Program-made: the position numbers and the translations under genes
Source of the DNA: Candidatus Saccharimonadia bacterium
GTDB taxonomy: Bacteria > Patescibacteriota > Saccharimonadia > UBA4664
DNA: 64,000 nucleotides
Direction: 5' to 3'
Assembly: GCA_035544015.1 (NCBI GenBank)
Contig: DATKIP010000076.1
Coordinates: 64,299 to 128,298 of the forward strand
Notes under the pieces: generated by a model
Databases searched by the model: none
Told to the model about the DNA's origin: nothing
Seen by the model: only the letters and a program-made list of their open reading frames with translations
Shown here: positions 1 to 9,186 of the stretch, piece after piece
Layout: every line of letters starts with the position of its first letter
Position numbering within the stretch: the first letter of the stretch is position 1

Positions 1-4
1 CCCG

Positions 5-649
5 ATGAGGCCGGCAACGAACCACAACCACGTGGAGAGGCTGAGCGCCATCATCGGCGCCGCTAAGGATGTGGCCGACATGCGCCGCAGGATGGGCGCG
101 GCGGCGCTCGACCTGGATGCGGCGTCGGACGGCTCCTGGTCGGCGCAATGGCGCACTACCGTCGCCTCGCGGCTGCCCAGTCATCACTGGCCGCAACAAT
201 CGGTGCAAATCACGGCAGTCGATGCCCGTACCGGTGAACCAGTCGTGTTCGACCGCCACAGTGGAGTCGACCTGGTCGACGCCATTGCCGCCAGTTGCGC
301 CAGTGGCCTTCCCTACAGGATAGGGGACAATCTATACATCGACGGCGGCTTCCGGTCCAACGCCGAGAATGCCGATCTGGCAGCCGGATACGCTCGGGTG
401 CTGGTGCTGTCACCATTCGGTGGCAAATCACTGCAACCGCTGGCGTGGGGCACCCATCTCGCAACCCAGATCGATGAACTCCGCGCCCGCGGCAGCCGAG
501 TCGAAACCATCTTCCCGGATAACAACTCCCGCCACATATTCGCCTTCGGCGGCAATGTGATGGATCCGTCGATGCGTCCCCCCGCCGCCCGGGCCGGTTA
601 CGACCAAGGCAAAGCTCTTGCCGCCCGTCTCGCCGAATTCTGGCACTGA
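5..649 (+). CDS. Patatin-like phospholipase family protein, 5'-truncated at the window edge
   Basis: The ORF runs from the window start. It carries a DGGF/DGG motif, and the 'VLVLSPFGG' lipase-like region is typical of patatin/ExoU-type acyl hydrolases. Confidence 0.45.
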   Translation: MRPATNHNHVERLSAIIGAAKDVADMRRRMGAAALDLDAASDGSWSAQWRTTVASRLPSHHWPQQSVQITAVDARTGEPVVFDRHSGVDLVDAIAASCASGLPYRIGDNLYIDGGFRSNAENADLAAGYARVLVLSPFGGKSLQPLAWGTHLATQIDELRARGSRVETIFPDNNSRHIFAFGGNVMDPSMRPPAARAGYDQGKALAARLAEFWH

Positions 650-673
650 ACCGCTCTTCGTGCATGCTGGATT

Positions 674-700
674 TGTTATTTAACACCCCGAAATAACAAT
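674..700. terminator. AT-rich perfect 9-bp inverted repeat (TTGTTATTT-N9-AAATAACAA) after the patatin-like gene; weak terminator or operator
   Basis: The palindrome is seen directly in the sequence. It is followed by an AT-rich tract and a TTGACA-N17-TAACAT promoter-like motif (711-739) ahead of the next gene. Confidence 0.3.
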
Positions 701-750
701 AAATATATATTGACAATCGATAAAGAATAAATTAACATATAAACATATTT

Positions 751-1212
751 ATGAAACGAAGCTCAACCATATTTCTTCAGATGGTAGTCGTGCTCATCGG
801 TGTCGGCACTCTTGCCCTGATGCTTTGGGAGCCCCAGATTGAGGGCAGGAATGCGCAGGCTACGCTCTTTGAGATATATTTCAGAGATCCATTCTTGGCG
901 TATGCGTATATCGCATCGATTGCTTTTTTCGTAGGGCTCTACAAAGCGTTCAAACTGCTGGGGTACGTAGGACGAAAAGAAGTGTTTTCACAGCGTTCCG
1001 TGAATGCGCTACGGACTATAAAATATTGCGGGGTAGCCCTTATCGCTTTTATCGCAGCGCCAGAAGCCTACTTATTTATAGCGCGGCCCGGCGATGACAT
1101 TGCGGGCGGTGTCGCGATAGGTCTCCTTCTGATTTTTGTCTCTGCCGTGATCGCCACCGCCGCGGCCGTGTTTGAAAGACGTTTACGAAGCGGCAAACGA
1201 GACGATCGATAA
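751..1212 (+). CDS. DUF2975-like small integral membrane protein
   Basis: Four predicted TM helices in a low-GC gene. The family assignment rests on recalled resemblance to DUF2975 membrane proteins only. Confidence 0.4.
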   Translation: MKRSSTIFLQMVVVLIGVGTLALMLWEPQIEGRNAQATLFEIYFRDPFLAYAYIASIAFFVGLYKAFKLLGYVGRKEVFSQRSVNALRTIKYCGVALIAFIAAPEAYLFIARPGDDIAGGVAIGLLLIFVSAVIATAAAVFERRLRSGKRDDR

Positions 1213-1291
1213 TTTCGGTCCTGGCGCCGAATCCCCGTAGCAACAACCGCCATTCTGGCTCTCCATAGTACTTATGTTAAAATAATCCCTA

Positions 1292-1582
1292 ATGAAAATC
1301 CTTCGGAACGTTAAGCTATTCGGATCCCTCACAATTTCGCTCTTAATTATCGGCTTACTGCCATTCCCGTGGGAGATTGGCCTGGCAATCGACCTTCTCA
1401 CCGCCGCCACAGTAATACTTACGCTAATCTCCGGAATCATCAACCTTGTTCCTGCGGTACGTGCACATAAGTACCAGAAGACGCACTATATCAGCATGGT
1501 ATGGCTCGTACTAGCTACCATCCTCATCGCGTCATTCATCGGCGGAATACTCTTGCTAGATGCCCTCTACAAGCCGATCTGA
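1292..1582 (+). CDS. Small hydrophobic membrane protein
   Basis: A 96-aa ORF with three hydrophobic segments, in the same low-GC patch as the preceding gene. Confidence 0.35.
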   Translation: MKILRNVKLFGSLTISLLIIGLLPFPWEIGLAIDLLTAATVILTLISGIINLVPAVRAHKYQKTHYISMVWLVLATILIASFIGGILLLDALYKPI

Positions 1583-1671
1583 GCTACCAAGGAGCCACCG
1601 GCACGCTCATCACTATCGAACGAAAAGAGTATATTTAAAAGACGAAGCCAACCCTAAGCGAGGACACCGCC

Positions 1672-2100
1672 ATGAGCAAAATGAACCCAGTTGTGCATTT
1701 CGAGATGGGCTATCAAGACAAAGACCGTATGATCAAATTCTACCAAACCGCCCTTAGCTGGCAGACCCAGCCGATGGGGCCCGACATGGGCGGTTACGTT
1801 GTCGCTCAAACCACCGAAACCGACGAGAATGGCATGGTCCAAACCAAAGGGGCGATTAATGGTGGGTTTTACCAAAAAACCGACGACCCCCAGGGCCAGG
1901 CCCCCTCGGTGGTAGTTTCGGTCGACGACGTTCACGAAACAATGAAGGCCGTAGAGGCCGCTGGTGGCAAGATCCTGGGCGGGCTGAACGCCCAAGGCGA
2001 ACACACCATGGAGCCGCAGATGATCCCGGGGGTTGGCCTATGGATATCGGCGATGGACACCGAGGGCAATCGATTTTCCCTCTTGCAAGCCAAGTCCTAA
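1672..2100 (+). CDS. VOC (glyoxalase/bleomycin-resistance/dioxygenase) family protein
   Basis: A ~140-aa protein with the 'VVHFEMGYQDKDRMIKFYQTAL' start and a paired beta-alpha-beta-beta-beta module pattern typical of VOC enzymes. Its stop codon overlaps the start of the downstream UvrA-like gene. Confidence 0.55.
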   Translation: MSKMNPVVHFEMGYQDKDRMIKFYQTALSWQTQPMGPDMGGYVVAQTTETDENGMVQTKGAINGGFYQKTDDPQGQAPSVVVSVDDVHETMKAVEAAGGKILGGLNAQGEHTMEPQMIPGVGLWISAMDTEGNRFSLLQAKS

Positions 2101-4331
2101 TGATGCAAGAATATATCCAAATCAAAGGCGCCCGCGAAAACAACCTCAAGAACGTCTCGCTGCGCATTCCCAAGCGCAAAATCACCGTCTTTACCGGCGT
2201 GTCCGGCTCGGGCAAATCATCGCTCGTGTTCGACACCGTGGCCGCCGAGGCCCAGCGCCTGCTCAACGAAAACTTCAGCATGTTCGTGCGCAATTTCTTG
2301 CCCCACCTCACTCAGCCGCACGCCGACGAAATCAAAAACCTCAGCATGGCCGTCATCGTCGACCAAAAACGCCTCGGCGGCGGCTCGCACTCCACCGTCG
2401 GCACCGTCACCGACATCGCCACCGCCCTGCGCCTCATGTTTAGCCGCGTTGGCAGGCCGTCTATCGGCTACGCCAACCTGTTTTCCTTCAACGACCCCGC
2501 CGGCATGTGCCCCGAGTGCAATGGCATGGGCCGCAGCATGGCCCTGGACCGCGAATTGGCCCTGGACACGTCCAAATCCATCGACGACGGCGCTATCAAG
2601 CTGCCGGGATATGACGGCGGCAATGTCTGGACCTACGGAGCCATGAAGGCCGCGGGCGTGGACACTACCAAAAAGCTAAAAGATTTCAGCGCGGCCGAGA
2701 TGGAAGAATTCCTCCATGGCGAGCCCCGCAAGGTCAAAGTAAACGGCATAAACCTCACGTACGAAGGCCTAGAAGGCGTCTTTACCAAGAAATATATCCT
2801 GCGCGACCTCAAAACCATGTCGGACCGCACCCAAAAGCAATTTGGTCCGTTCATCACCATGGGCGCCTGCCACCTCTGCCACGGCGCCCGCCTCAGCCAA
2901 CAAGCCTTGTCGGTAAAAGTAGAAGGCCACAACATCGCCGAGCTCTCGGCCATGCAGGTCGACGCGCTGCTCGAGGTCGTAAAGCAAATCAAAGCCCCCG
3001 AGGCGCGTGCCATCGTCGCCACCCTGCACGACCGCCTCAGCAATCTCGTCGATATCGGCCTCGGCTACCTCAGCCTCGACCGTGTCACCGACACTCTGTC
3101 CGGCGGCGAATCCCAGCGCGTCAAAATGGTGAAGCACCTCAACGGCAGCCTCGTCGACGTCATGTACATCTTCGACGAGCCCAGCGTCGGTCTGCACCCC
3201 CGCGACGTCCACCGCCTCAACGAGCTGCTCGCCAAACTCCGCGACGCCGGCAACACCGTCATCGTCGTCGAGCACGACCCCGACGTCATCCAGGCTGCCG
3301 ACCACATCATCGACGTCGGCCCCGGTGCCGGCAGCAACGGGGGAGAAGTCGTCTTCGAAGGCGCCTACCCCGAACTCCTCAAAACCGACACCCTCACCGG
3401 CCAGCACCTCAAAGACAAATCGCCCGTCAAATCCAGCTTCCGCCAACCTACCGGCCAGCTCCAAATCCGCGACGCCCACGCCAACAACCTTGCTCACATC
3501 GACGTCGACATCCCCACCGGCGTCTTCACCGTCATCACCGGCGTCGCCGGCTCGGGCAAGAGCTCACTCATCAACCAAGTCTTCCTGCGCCAACACCCCG
3601 AAGCCATCGTGGTCGACCAATCCGGCATCGGCGTCTCCACCCGCTCCAACCCCGCCACCTACACCGGCATCATGGACGTCATCCGCAAAGCCTTCGCCAC
3701 CGCCAGCAAAGCCGACATCGCACTCTTCAGTTTCAATTCCAAGGGCGCCTGCGACAATTGCAAAGGCGCCGGCTTCGTGACCACCGACCTCGCCTTCCTC
3801 GACGACGCCAAGCTCCCCTGCGACGTCTGCGAAGGCAGACGCTTCAAGCCCGAAGTGCTGGAGTACAAATACCAGGACAAAAACATTAATGAAGTCCTCA
3901 ATCTCACCGTCGCCCAGGCCATCGAATTCTTCGATCTGGGAGAAATCGCCCAAAAGCTCCAGGCCCTCAGCGACGTCGGCCTCGACTACCTCTCGCTCGG
4001 CCAGCCCCTAAGCTCACTCTCTGGCGGCGAATGCCAACGTCTCAAGCTCGCCTCGGAGCTCCACAAAAAGGGGAGCATCTACGTCCTCGACGAGCCCACC
4101 ACGGGCCTCCATATGTCCGACATCACCCGCCTCCACGCCATCATAAACCGGCTCGTAGACGCCAAAAACACCGTCATCACCATCGAGCACAACCAAGAAG
4201 TCATCCGCCAGGCCGACCACATCATCGACCTCGGCCCCGAAGGCGGCCACGCCGGCGGCCAGGTCATGTTCCAGGGCACCCCGGCCGAGCTCGTGAAGAG
4301 CGAGCAGGCGTTGATCGCGGAGTATTTGTAA
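2100..4331 (+). CDS. UvrA-like ABC ATPase paralog (excinuclease ABC subunit A family, class II/short form)
   Basis: Two ABC ATPase modules are present: Walker A GVSGSGKSSL and GVAGSGKSSL, LSGGE signatures, DEP Walker B, and Zn-finger C-x2-C pairs. At ~743 aa it is shorter than canonical UvrA (~940 aa). The ATG at 2100 overlaps the TAA of the upstream VOC gene. Confidence 0.8.
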   Translation: MMQEYIQIKGARENNLKNVSLRIPKRKITVFTGVSGSGKSSLVFDTVAAEAQRLLNENFSMFVRNFLPHLTQPHADEIKNLSMAVIVDQKRLGGGSHSTVGTVTDIATALRLMFSRVGRPSIGYANLFSFNDPAGMCPECNGMGRSMALDRELALDTSKSIDDGAIKLPGYDGGNVWTYGAMKAAGVDTTKKLKDFSAAEMEEFLHGEPRKVKVNGINLTYEGLEGVFTKKYILRDLKTMSDRTQKQFGPFITMGACHLCHGARLSQQALSVKVEGHNIAELSAMQVDALLEVVKQIKAPEARAIVATLHDRLSNLVDIGLGYLSLDRVTDTLSGGESQRVKMVKHLNGSLVDVMYIFDEPSVGLHPRDVHRLNELLAKLRDAGNTVIVVEHDPDVIQAADHIIDVGPGAGSNGGEVVFEGAYPELLKTDTLTGQHLKDKSPVKSSFRQPTGQLQIRDAHANNLAHIDVDIPTGVFTVITGVAGSGKSSLINQVFLRQHPEAIVVDQSGIGVSTRSNPATYTGIMDVIRKAFATASKADIALFSFNSKGACDNCKGAGFVTTDLAFLDDAKLPCDVCEGRRFKPEVLEYKYQDKNINEVLNLTVAQAIEFFDLGEIAQKLQALSDVGLDYLSLGQPLSSLSGGECQRLKLASELHKKGSIYVLDEPTTGLHMSDITRLHAIINRLVDAKNTVITIEHNQEVIRQADHIIDLGPEGGHAGGQVMFQGTPAELVKSEQALIAEYL

Positions 4332-4346
4332 GTTAGCTTAGATTAG

Positions 4347-5000
4347 TTAATCCAGTGTGTTAAACAGCTGTTCTAGTTTCTGGACTAAACCATCATCCTT
4401 ACGAAATTGAGGCGGCTCTTGAAAGAAGACTCCAAATACGCCTTCGAGATATTGAATAATGATGTCGTTAATCAAATAGCCGAAGAAATCATCTTGCTCC
4501 GCTAAATCAGACAGCACCTCAAAATACGATTTTGGCTCAACATGAACTACAATTTTATCGCGTAAGTTTAGCAAACTTTGTAATCTAGAATCAGTTCCCA
4601 AAATTTGCAGCGAAGGGATGTTAGTAACTCCGAGCTTCCCGCCCCACATAGGTAATTTGGTGCTCAGAGTAAACACTGACGCTGGTTCATTGGAGCCCGT
4701 AGGCTTATCGAACAAGTTACTTACATGAACGATAACGTCCAAATAGGCCCACCACGATATGGTCATCCGGAGGCTGTGGGCTTCCATAGCGATGGCAGTG
4801 GACAGGTCTGGGCGCAATACGTCAAAGACTCGAAACTTTTCTTCTGCTTGTCCGGCATAGAAAAATAAAAATGCGCAGAATCTTTTTAGTTTTATAGCCT
4901 CGGGTGAATTTTGATTTTGTATTTGCTTCTTAAAAACAAACAGTGATTCGAATTCCTCAAAAACTGTTTCAGGATCGAGCAGCGTGATAGGTTCTTCCAT
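4347..5000 (-). CDS. Hypothetical protein (low GC, no recognisable domain)
   Basis: A clean 217-aa ORF whose composition differs from its neighbours. It sits next to toxin-antitoxin genes. Confidence 0.4.
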   Translation of the reverse strand: MEEPITLLDPETVFEEFESLFVFKKQIQNQNSPEAIKLKRFCAFLFFYAGQAEEKFRVFDVLRPDLSTAIAMEAHSLRMTISWWAYLDVIVHVSNLFDKPTGSNEPASVFTLSTKLPMWGGKLGVTNIPSLQILGTDSRLQSLLNLRDKIVVHVEPKSYFEVLSDLAEQDDFFGYLINDIIIQYLEGVFGVFFQEPPQFRKDDGLVQKLEQLFNTLD

Positions 5001-5111
5001 AGCTATTAATTATATTCCACCCAAACAAACTAGCTAAAAATACGCATAATTAGTACTGAAAGAGTAACTAATAAATGCTATAATACTGCTTAGCAAAGGC
5101 AAAATACACCT

Positions 5112-5453
5112 GTGTCATATACCATTATCATGTATGAAACACCAAGCGGCCAGCCGTTGGTACAAAACTTCATAGACGGCGTCCAAAAGGGAACTCGGGC
5201 GAAGGTCTATCGTCAGATTGATCTGCTGGAGTTGTACGGCCCGCAGCTCGGGATGCCCCACTCGAAGCCAATGGGCGGTGGTCTGTACGAGCTGAGAGTA
5301 CGTGGTCAGCAAGAAGTCCGCGTGTTTTACATATTTGCTGTCGAGAATACGGTATATCTGCTTCATGGTTTCCAGAAGAAGAGCCAGTCCACCCCCAAGA
5401 AAGAATTAGACTTAGCTCGACGGCGCCAGGGAGAGATTGAAGCTCAGAACTAG
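5112..5453 (+). CDS. Type II toxin, RelE/ParE superfamily (HigB/Gp49-like)
   Basis: The 'LYELRVRGQQEVRVFYIFAVENTVYLLHGFQKKSQ' region matches the Gp49/HigB-like toxin pattern. It is immediately followed by an XRE-HTH protein. An extended -10 (TGcTATAAT) lies upstream at ~5076. Confidence 0.6.
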   Translation: MSYTIIMYETPSGQPLVQNFIDGVQKGTRAKVYRQIDLLELYGPQLGMPHSKPMGGGLYELRVRGQQEVRVFYIFAVENTVYLLHGFQKKSQSTPKKELDLARRRQGEIEAQN

Positions 5454-5525
5454 TATAGGATTGCACATTTAACACATATATGCAATAATACCGTTAATAG
5501 TCTAAAAGCATGAAGGCGCTGCATT

Positions 5526-5801
5526 ATGAAAGATTGGAAGTCCTACAAAGAGGAATCCCTCAAAAACGACCCAGAGCTCGCGCATCTTTATGATGAGCTT
5601 GAGCCGGAGTACCAACTTGCCCGAAGTTTCATCGAGGCTCGTATCGCCAAGGGTTTGACGCAAATCGAACTCGCGCAAAAGGCAGGTGTTGGCCAAACGG
5701 TCATCGCACGCCTTGAGAGCGGCACATCTAACCCAACAGTAGCAACCGTTAGCAAAGTTGCTAGGGTGCTGGGCCAAGAGTACAGACTAGTTAAGGCGTA
5801 A
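5526..5801 (+). CDS. XRE-family HTH antitoxin (HigA-like)
   Basis: Contains 'GLTQIELAQKAGVGQTVIARLESG', a classical XRE helix-turn-helix. The 91-aa gene lies directly downstream of the RelE-like toxin. Confidence 0.6.
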   Translation: MKDWKSYKEESLKNDPELAHLYDELEPEYQLARSFIEARIAKGLTQIELAQKAGVGQTVIARLESGTSNPTVATVSKVARVLGQEYRLVKA

Positions 5802-6207
5802 GGTCTACCTTCAAAAATTCAGCCGGAGCCATAATATTGATACCCTCGTAGCTTTTAAGTACGAGGAGATCTTTATCACCGCTCACGATGCAGCTACAAC
5901 CGCCAATGACCGCCGTTTCCAGCACCCGGTTGTCGTCTTCGTCCCGAGACACATGAACACTAACGCCTCCCAGCCTCACGAGCTCCGTTTCTTGCTCGAT
6001 AAGTAGCTCCATGAGAGCAAAATCGGGATCAAAATCCGAAAATTTCTGTGTGATTTTGCGCCGCATCTCGGTCAAAATTTCGGAGGAAATAACTACCTCG
6101 ATCATCCCGCGAGCCAGCAACTCAACCACTTGTCGCGGCTTTCCCCCGAATACGAGCGCAGACAGCCAGACATTAGTATCTATGACGACCCTTGGCCTAG
6201 CGTTCAT
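5791..6207 (-). CDS. PIN-domain toxin (VapC-like)
   Basis: Carries the 'VVIDTNVWLSAL' N-terminal PIN acidic motif and the 'IVSGDKDLL' C-terminal motif. The ATG at 6207 overlaps the upstream antitoxin by 11 nt. Confidence 0.6.
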   Translation of the reverse strand: MNARPRVVIDTNVWLSALVFGGKPRQVVELLARGMIEVVISSEILTEMRRKITQKFSDFDPDFALMELLIEQETELVRLGGVSVHVSRDEDDNRVLETAVIGGCSCIVSGDKDLLVLKSYEGINIMAPAEFLKVDLTP

Positions 6208-6436
6208 TGGGGCTGTCGAGAATTTGATACGCTTGCTCCTCGCTCGAAATACCCATCTGGCGACCCTTCGCATTAGCCGCATCCAGCAGGCTCCCCCAAC
6301 GTCGCCGGCGACTCAAATCAGCCAAGGCCAGCCGGCGAAAGTATTCACTTCTACTCCCCAAATCCTGCTTGACCGCTTCGTCTACATCTTTTAACAATGT
6401 TTCGTCCAGCGCAATATTGAGTGTTTTTGTGGCCAT
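6197..6436 (-). CDS. Ribbon-helix-helix antitoxin (CopG/VapB-like)
   Basis: The 'MATKTLNIALDETLLKDVDEAVKQ...SRSEYFRRLA' sequence is a typical RHH DNA-binding fold. The gene lies upstream of and overlaps the PIN gene. Confidence 0.55.
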   Translation of the reverse strand: MATKTLNIALDETLLKDVDEAVKQDLGSRSEYFRRLALADLSRRRRWGSLLDAANAKGRQMGISSEEQAYQILDSPNER

Positions 6437-6478
6437 ACGTAACGAGCTCCTATATGGACAGATTGTATAGGTTTTGTT

Positions 6479-6520
6479 GATATGTGTCAATTCCTAACAA
6501 AAATAGCGCCGACACATATC
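6479..6520. promoter_or_regulatory. Perfect 10-bp inverted repeat GATATGTGTC-N22-GACACATATC in the antitoxin promoter region; candidate autoregulatory operator
   Basis: The palindrome is seen directly. It sits immediately 5' of the RHH antitoxin start, in the divergent intergenic region. Confidence 0.4.
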
Positions 6521-6585
6521 TATACATTCATAAAAAGCCTACACTGCACACAGCGTTAGTATCAAATAAGCAGAAGGGTCCAATC

Positions 6586-7269
6586 ATGCCCTCGCATCGC
6601 AAAATCTCCCTAACCGCGGGCATCCTTTATCTCCTCACCTTCGTCTCCATCCCCACCCTGGCGCTCTACACCCAAGTCAAAAGCACCGGCTACATCACCG
6701 GCGCCGGGCCGGACACGGCCGCCATCATCGGCGGCATCCTGGAGATCATCGTGGCGCTGGCCGGCATCGCCACCGCCGTGGTGCTGTTCCCGATCCTCAA
6801 AAAGCAAAGTGAAACCCTCGCGCTCGGCCTGGTGGCTGCCCGCGTCCTCGAATCCAGTGCCATCTTCGTCGGCGTGGCGTTCGTGCTGTCCATTGTGGCC
6901 CTGCGGCAGGCCGGAGCCGGCGCCGACGTGCTGCCCATCGGCCACGCGCTTGCCACCCTGTACGACCGCATCTTTTTCCTCAGCCAAAGCTTCATGCCCG
7001 CCATCTGCGACCTGTTGCTGGGCACGTTGCTGTACCGGTCGCGCCTGGTGCCGCGCGGCCTGGCGCTCATCGGCATCGTCGGCGGTCCCATTCTCATCCT
7101 TGGCTACCTCGCTGTGTTCTTTGGCCTCTTGGGGCAGCATGCCCCCCTGGCCGGCCTAAGCGCCCTGCCGGTGGCGGCGTTTGAGATTTCGCTCGGCATC
7201 TGGCTAGTCGTCAAAGGCTTCAACCCTCGGGCCGCCGCCGCGCTCGAGTCCAAACGCTCCGCTACTTAG
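6586..7269 (+). CDS. DUF4386-like integral membrane protein
   Basis: Six hydrophobic helices; the 'LTAGILYLLTFVSIPTLALY' pattern resembles the DUF4386 family. The ATG at 6586 was chosen as the start. Confidence 0.4.
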   Translation: MPSHRKISLTAGILYLLTFVSIPTLALYTQVKSTGYITGAGPDTAAIIGGILEIIVALAGIATAVVLFPILKKQSETLALGLVAARVLESSAIFVGVAFVLSIVALRQAGAGADVLPIGHALATLYDRIFFLSQSFMPAICDLLLGTLLYRSRLVPRGLALIGIVGGPILILGYLAVFFGLLGQHAPLAGLSALPVAAFEISLGIWLVVKGFNPRAAAALESKRSAT

Positions 7270-7594
7270 CCGCCTGCCGCAGCCCCAAAACATTCCCGCT
7301 CGGGTCTTTAATCTGAGCAATCAGCAACCCGCCGCCCACGTCTTTGGGCTCTTGGACCGTACTGGCGCCGGCGTCCAGGTAGGTCTTTAGGCTCGCGGCG
7401 ATGTCGTCTACATCAATATACCCAATCACCGCCTGCCCGTTTGGGTCCAGGCCAACCTCCAAATCACCTACCTTATATCCCACGTAATACGCGCTCTCCG
7501 CGTAGGGTTCGACGCCCAAAAACGTCTTAAAAAATGCCTTGCTCTCGTCCAAGTCCTTAACCGGATACACGAGTAATGTAATGTTCTCCGCCAT
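7262..7594 (-). CDS. VOC family protein (glyoxalase-like)
   Basis: Contains 'ITLLVYPVKDLDESKAFFKTFLGVEP...GNVLGL'. An AAGGAG RBS lies 6 nt upstream of the ATG at 7594. Confidence 0.5.
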   Translation of the reverse strand: MAENITLLVYPVKDLDESKAFFKTFLGVEPYAESAYYVGYKVGDLEVGLDPNGQAVIGYIDVDDIAASLKTYLDAGASTVQEPKDVGGGLLIAQIKDPSGNVLGLRQAAK

Positions 7595-7650
7595 GAAGTC
7601 TCCTTTTTGCATTGTGAGCTAACTATACACATGCTTGATACAATGAAGCC

Positions 7651-8160
7651 ATGAAAAACCCTCGTGAAAAGCCCGGAGACAACCTTGAATTTCGAGCCGA
7701 ATTGCTCAAGGAGCGCATTTACGCCACCCTGGCCCTGCTGGCGATCCTGCTGACCATCGACCCCGCCCACACCTCGACGTTAAAAGCCGCGATTGTGGTG
7801 CTCGGCACGGCCCTCTCGCTGTGGGGCGCCAGCCTGATCGCCGCCGGCATGTCGTACCGGGTAGTGATGCAGCGGCCGGAGCCCGAAACCAGCTTTAAGC
7901 GCCGGGTAGTGCTGCACTCGCCATTACTCGCGGCCGCCGCTTTTCCACTGCTGACAATCGCGCTGTCGGCGCTGGGTTTTATCAGCCTGTCCGTCGCCGT
8001 GGACGTATCGATCGGCGCCTCGTTGCTCCTGCTTCTGGGGTGGTCGTTGCTGTCGGCTCGGGCCGTCGGGGCCGGCCGGCTCGCCACGCTCGTCGTGGCC
8101 GCTATCGAGCTAGCTATTGGCTTGGCGGTGGTCTGGTTAAAAATGACCGTGGGCCATTGA
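7651..8160 (+). CDS. Membrane protein, function unknown
   Basis: A 169-aa ORF with four TM segments. Confidence 0.35.
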   Translation: MKNPREKPGDNLEFRAELLKERIYATLALLAILLTIDPAHTSTLKAAIVVLGTALSLWGASLIAAGMSYRVVMQRPEPETSFKRRVVLHSPLLAAAAFPLLTIALSALGFISLSVAVDVSIGASLLLLLGWSLLSARAVGAGRLATLVVAAIELAIGLAVVWLKMTVGH

Positions 8161-8162
8161 GA

Positions 8163-8555
8163 GTGAAAAAAGCAGAAATTAACCTGCTTGAGCTTCGAGA
8201 AGCGCTAGAAGCATCCTGGGATTCGTCGACGTCCTACCTCGGTGCTTCGGAAGCCGGTAATCCGGCGCTTGGCCAATGCTACCCGACCTCGCGAGTGGTG
8301 CAGCATTTCTTCCCAGCCGCCGAGATTGCCGAAGGAGAGGTCTGGACGGGCAAAGCCATCGAGAAGCATTTCTGGAATGTTCTGCGGTCCGGTGGAGATG
8401 ATTATCATATCGACCTTACCTGGCAACAGTTCCCGCCCGGGTCATCGGTGCGATCTTTTAAAATCCGCGACAGGAAAACGCTTGGTGACGGACCCGCTAC
8501 GGTGAAACGGTGTGCGTTACTGCTGGATCGCGTAAGCAGCTATCTATCAAAATAG
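8163..8555 (+). CDS. Hypothetical cytoplasmic protein (YunG-like?)
   Basis: A GTG-start ORF with no strong motif. Gene density and a clean frame support calling it. Confidence 0.3.
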   Translation: MKKAEINLLELREALEASWDSSTSYLGASEAGNPALGQCYPTSRVVQHFFPAAEIAEGEVWTGKAIEKHFWNVLRSGGDDYHIDLTWQQFPPGSSVRSFKIRDRKTLGDGPATVKRCALLLDRVSSYLSK

Positions 8556-8668
8556 CTAGCCGCTCTGAAAACAATGATCGAAAACACTTTTCGGGCACGC
8601 GTCAACTAAGCGTATAATACTAATGGTTTTAAGCTTATTTTCATAATAGGGGGTCGAAAGGCAAATAT

Positions 8669-9058
8669 ATGTACGACTACAGCACGGATACCACTAACTC
8701 CTCATCTTCCATGTCCGGAGGCCAAGTAATTGGCTCCCTCATAGCCGCCGCCATCATTCTGGCGGGCATGTGGAAAATCTTTACGAAGGCCAAGCAGCCG
8801 GGATGGGCGGTGATCATTCCGATTTATAATACCTACATCCTGCTTAAGATCATCGGCCGGCCGTGGTGGTGGTTGCTGCTCTTGCTCATTCCCATCGTGA
8901 ACATTGTGCTCGGCATTATGATGTACCACGAGCTCGCGAAATCCTTCGGCAAGGGCGTCGGCTACACCCTGCTGCTGCTCTTGTTGCCATTTATTGGGTT
9001 CCCGGTGCTCGGGTTCGGCTCCGCCCAGTACCAGGGCCCGGCTGCTGGCCGCGCCTAA
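8669..9058 (+). CDS. DUF5684-like small membrane protein
   Basis: The 'WAVIIPIYNTYILLKIIGRPWWWLLL' motif is typical of DUF5684. A TATAAT -10 lies at ~8614. Confidence 0.45.
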   Translation: MYDYSTDTTNSSSSMSGGQVIGSLIAAAIILAGMWKIFTKAKQPGWAVIIPIYNTYILLKIIGRPWWWLLLLLIPIVNIVLGIMMYHELAKSFGKGVGYTLLLLLLPFIGFPVLGFGSAQYQGPAAGRA

Positions 9059-9186
9059 ACCGACCGGCGAACAATCTCGCTCGCCAGGTATGGTTGAGGT
9101 CGGATTCTGCCTTCCCCCAAGCCCCTTCTTTGCTATACTATGAGGCAGATAAGAGGTGATGTAATGAGTAGAGCCGGGGCCAGCTA

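Noticed and set aside
2769-3497. 242-aa minus-strand ORF (and several others at 2633-3043, 3564-3953, 4014-4250) inside the UvrA-like gene
   Set aside because: Antisense shadow ORFs of a high-GC gene. Their translations are low-complexity (V/A/G/D-rich), with no motifs. The sense-strand UvrA frame carries the full ABC motif set.
6610-7140. 176-aa and 135-aa minus-strand ORFs and a 116-aa plus ORF within the DUF4386 membrane gene
   Set aside because: Shadow frames. The membrane-protein frame shows coherent TM helices, whereas these alternatives are charged or low-complexity.
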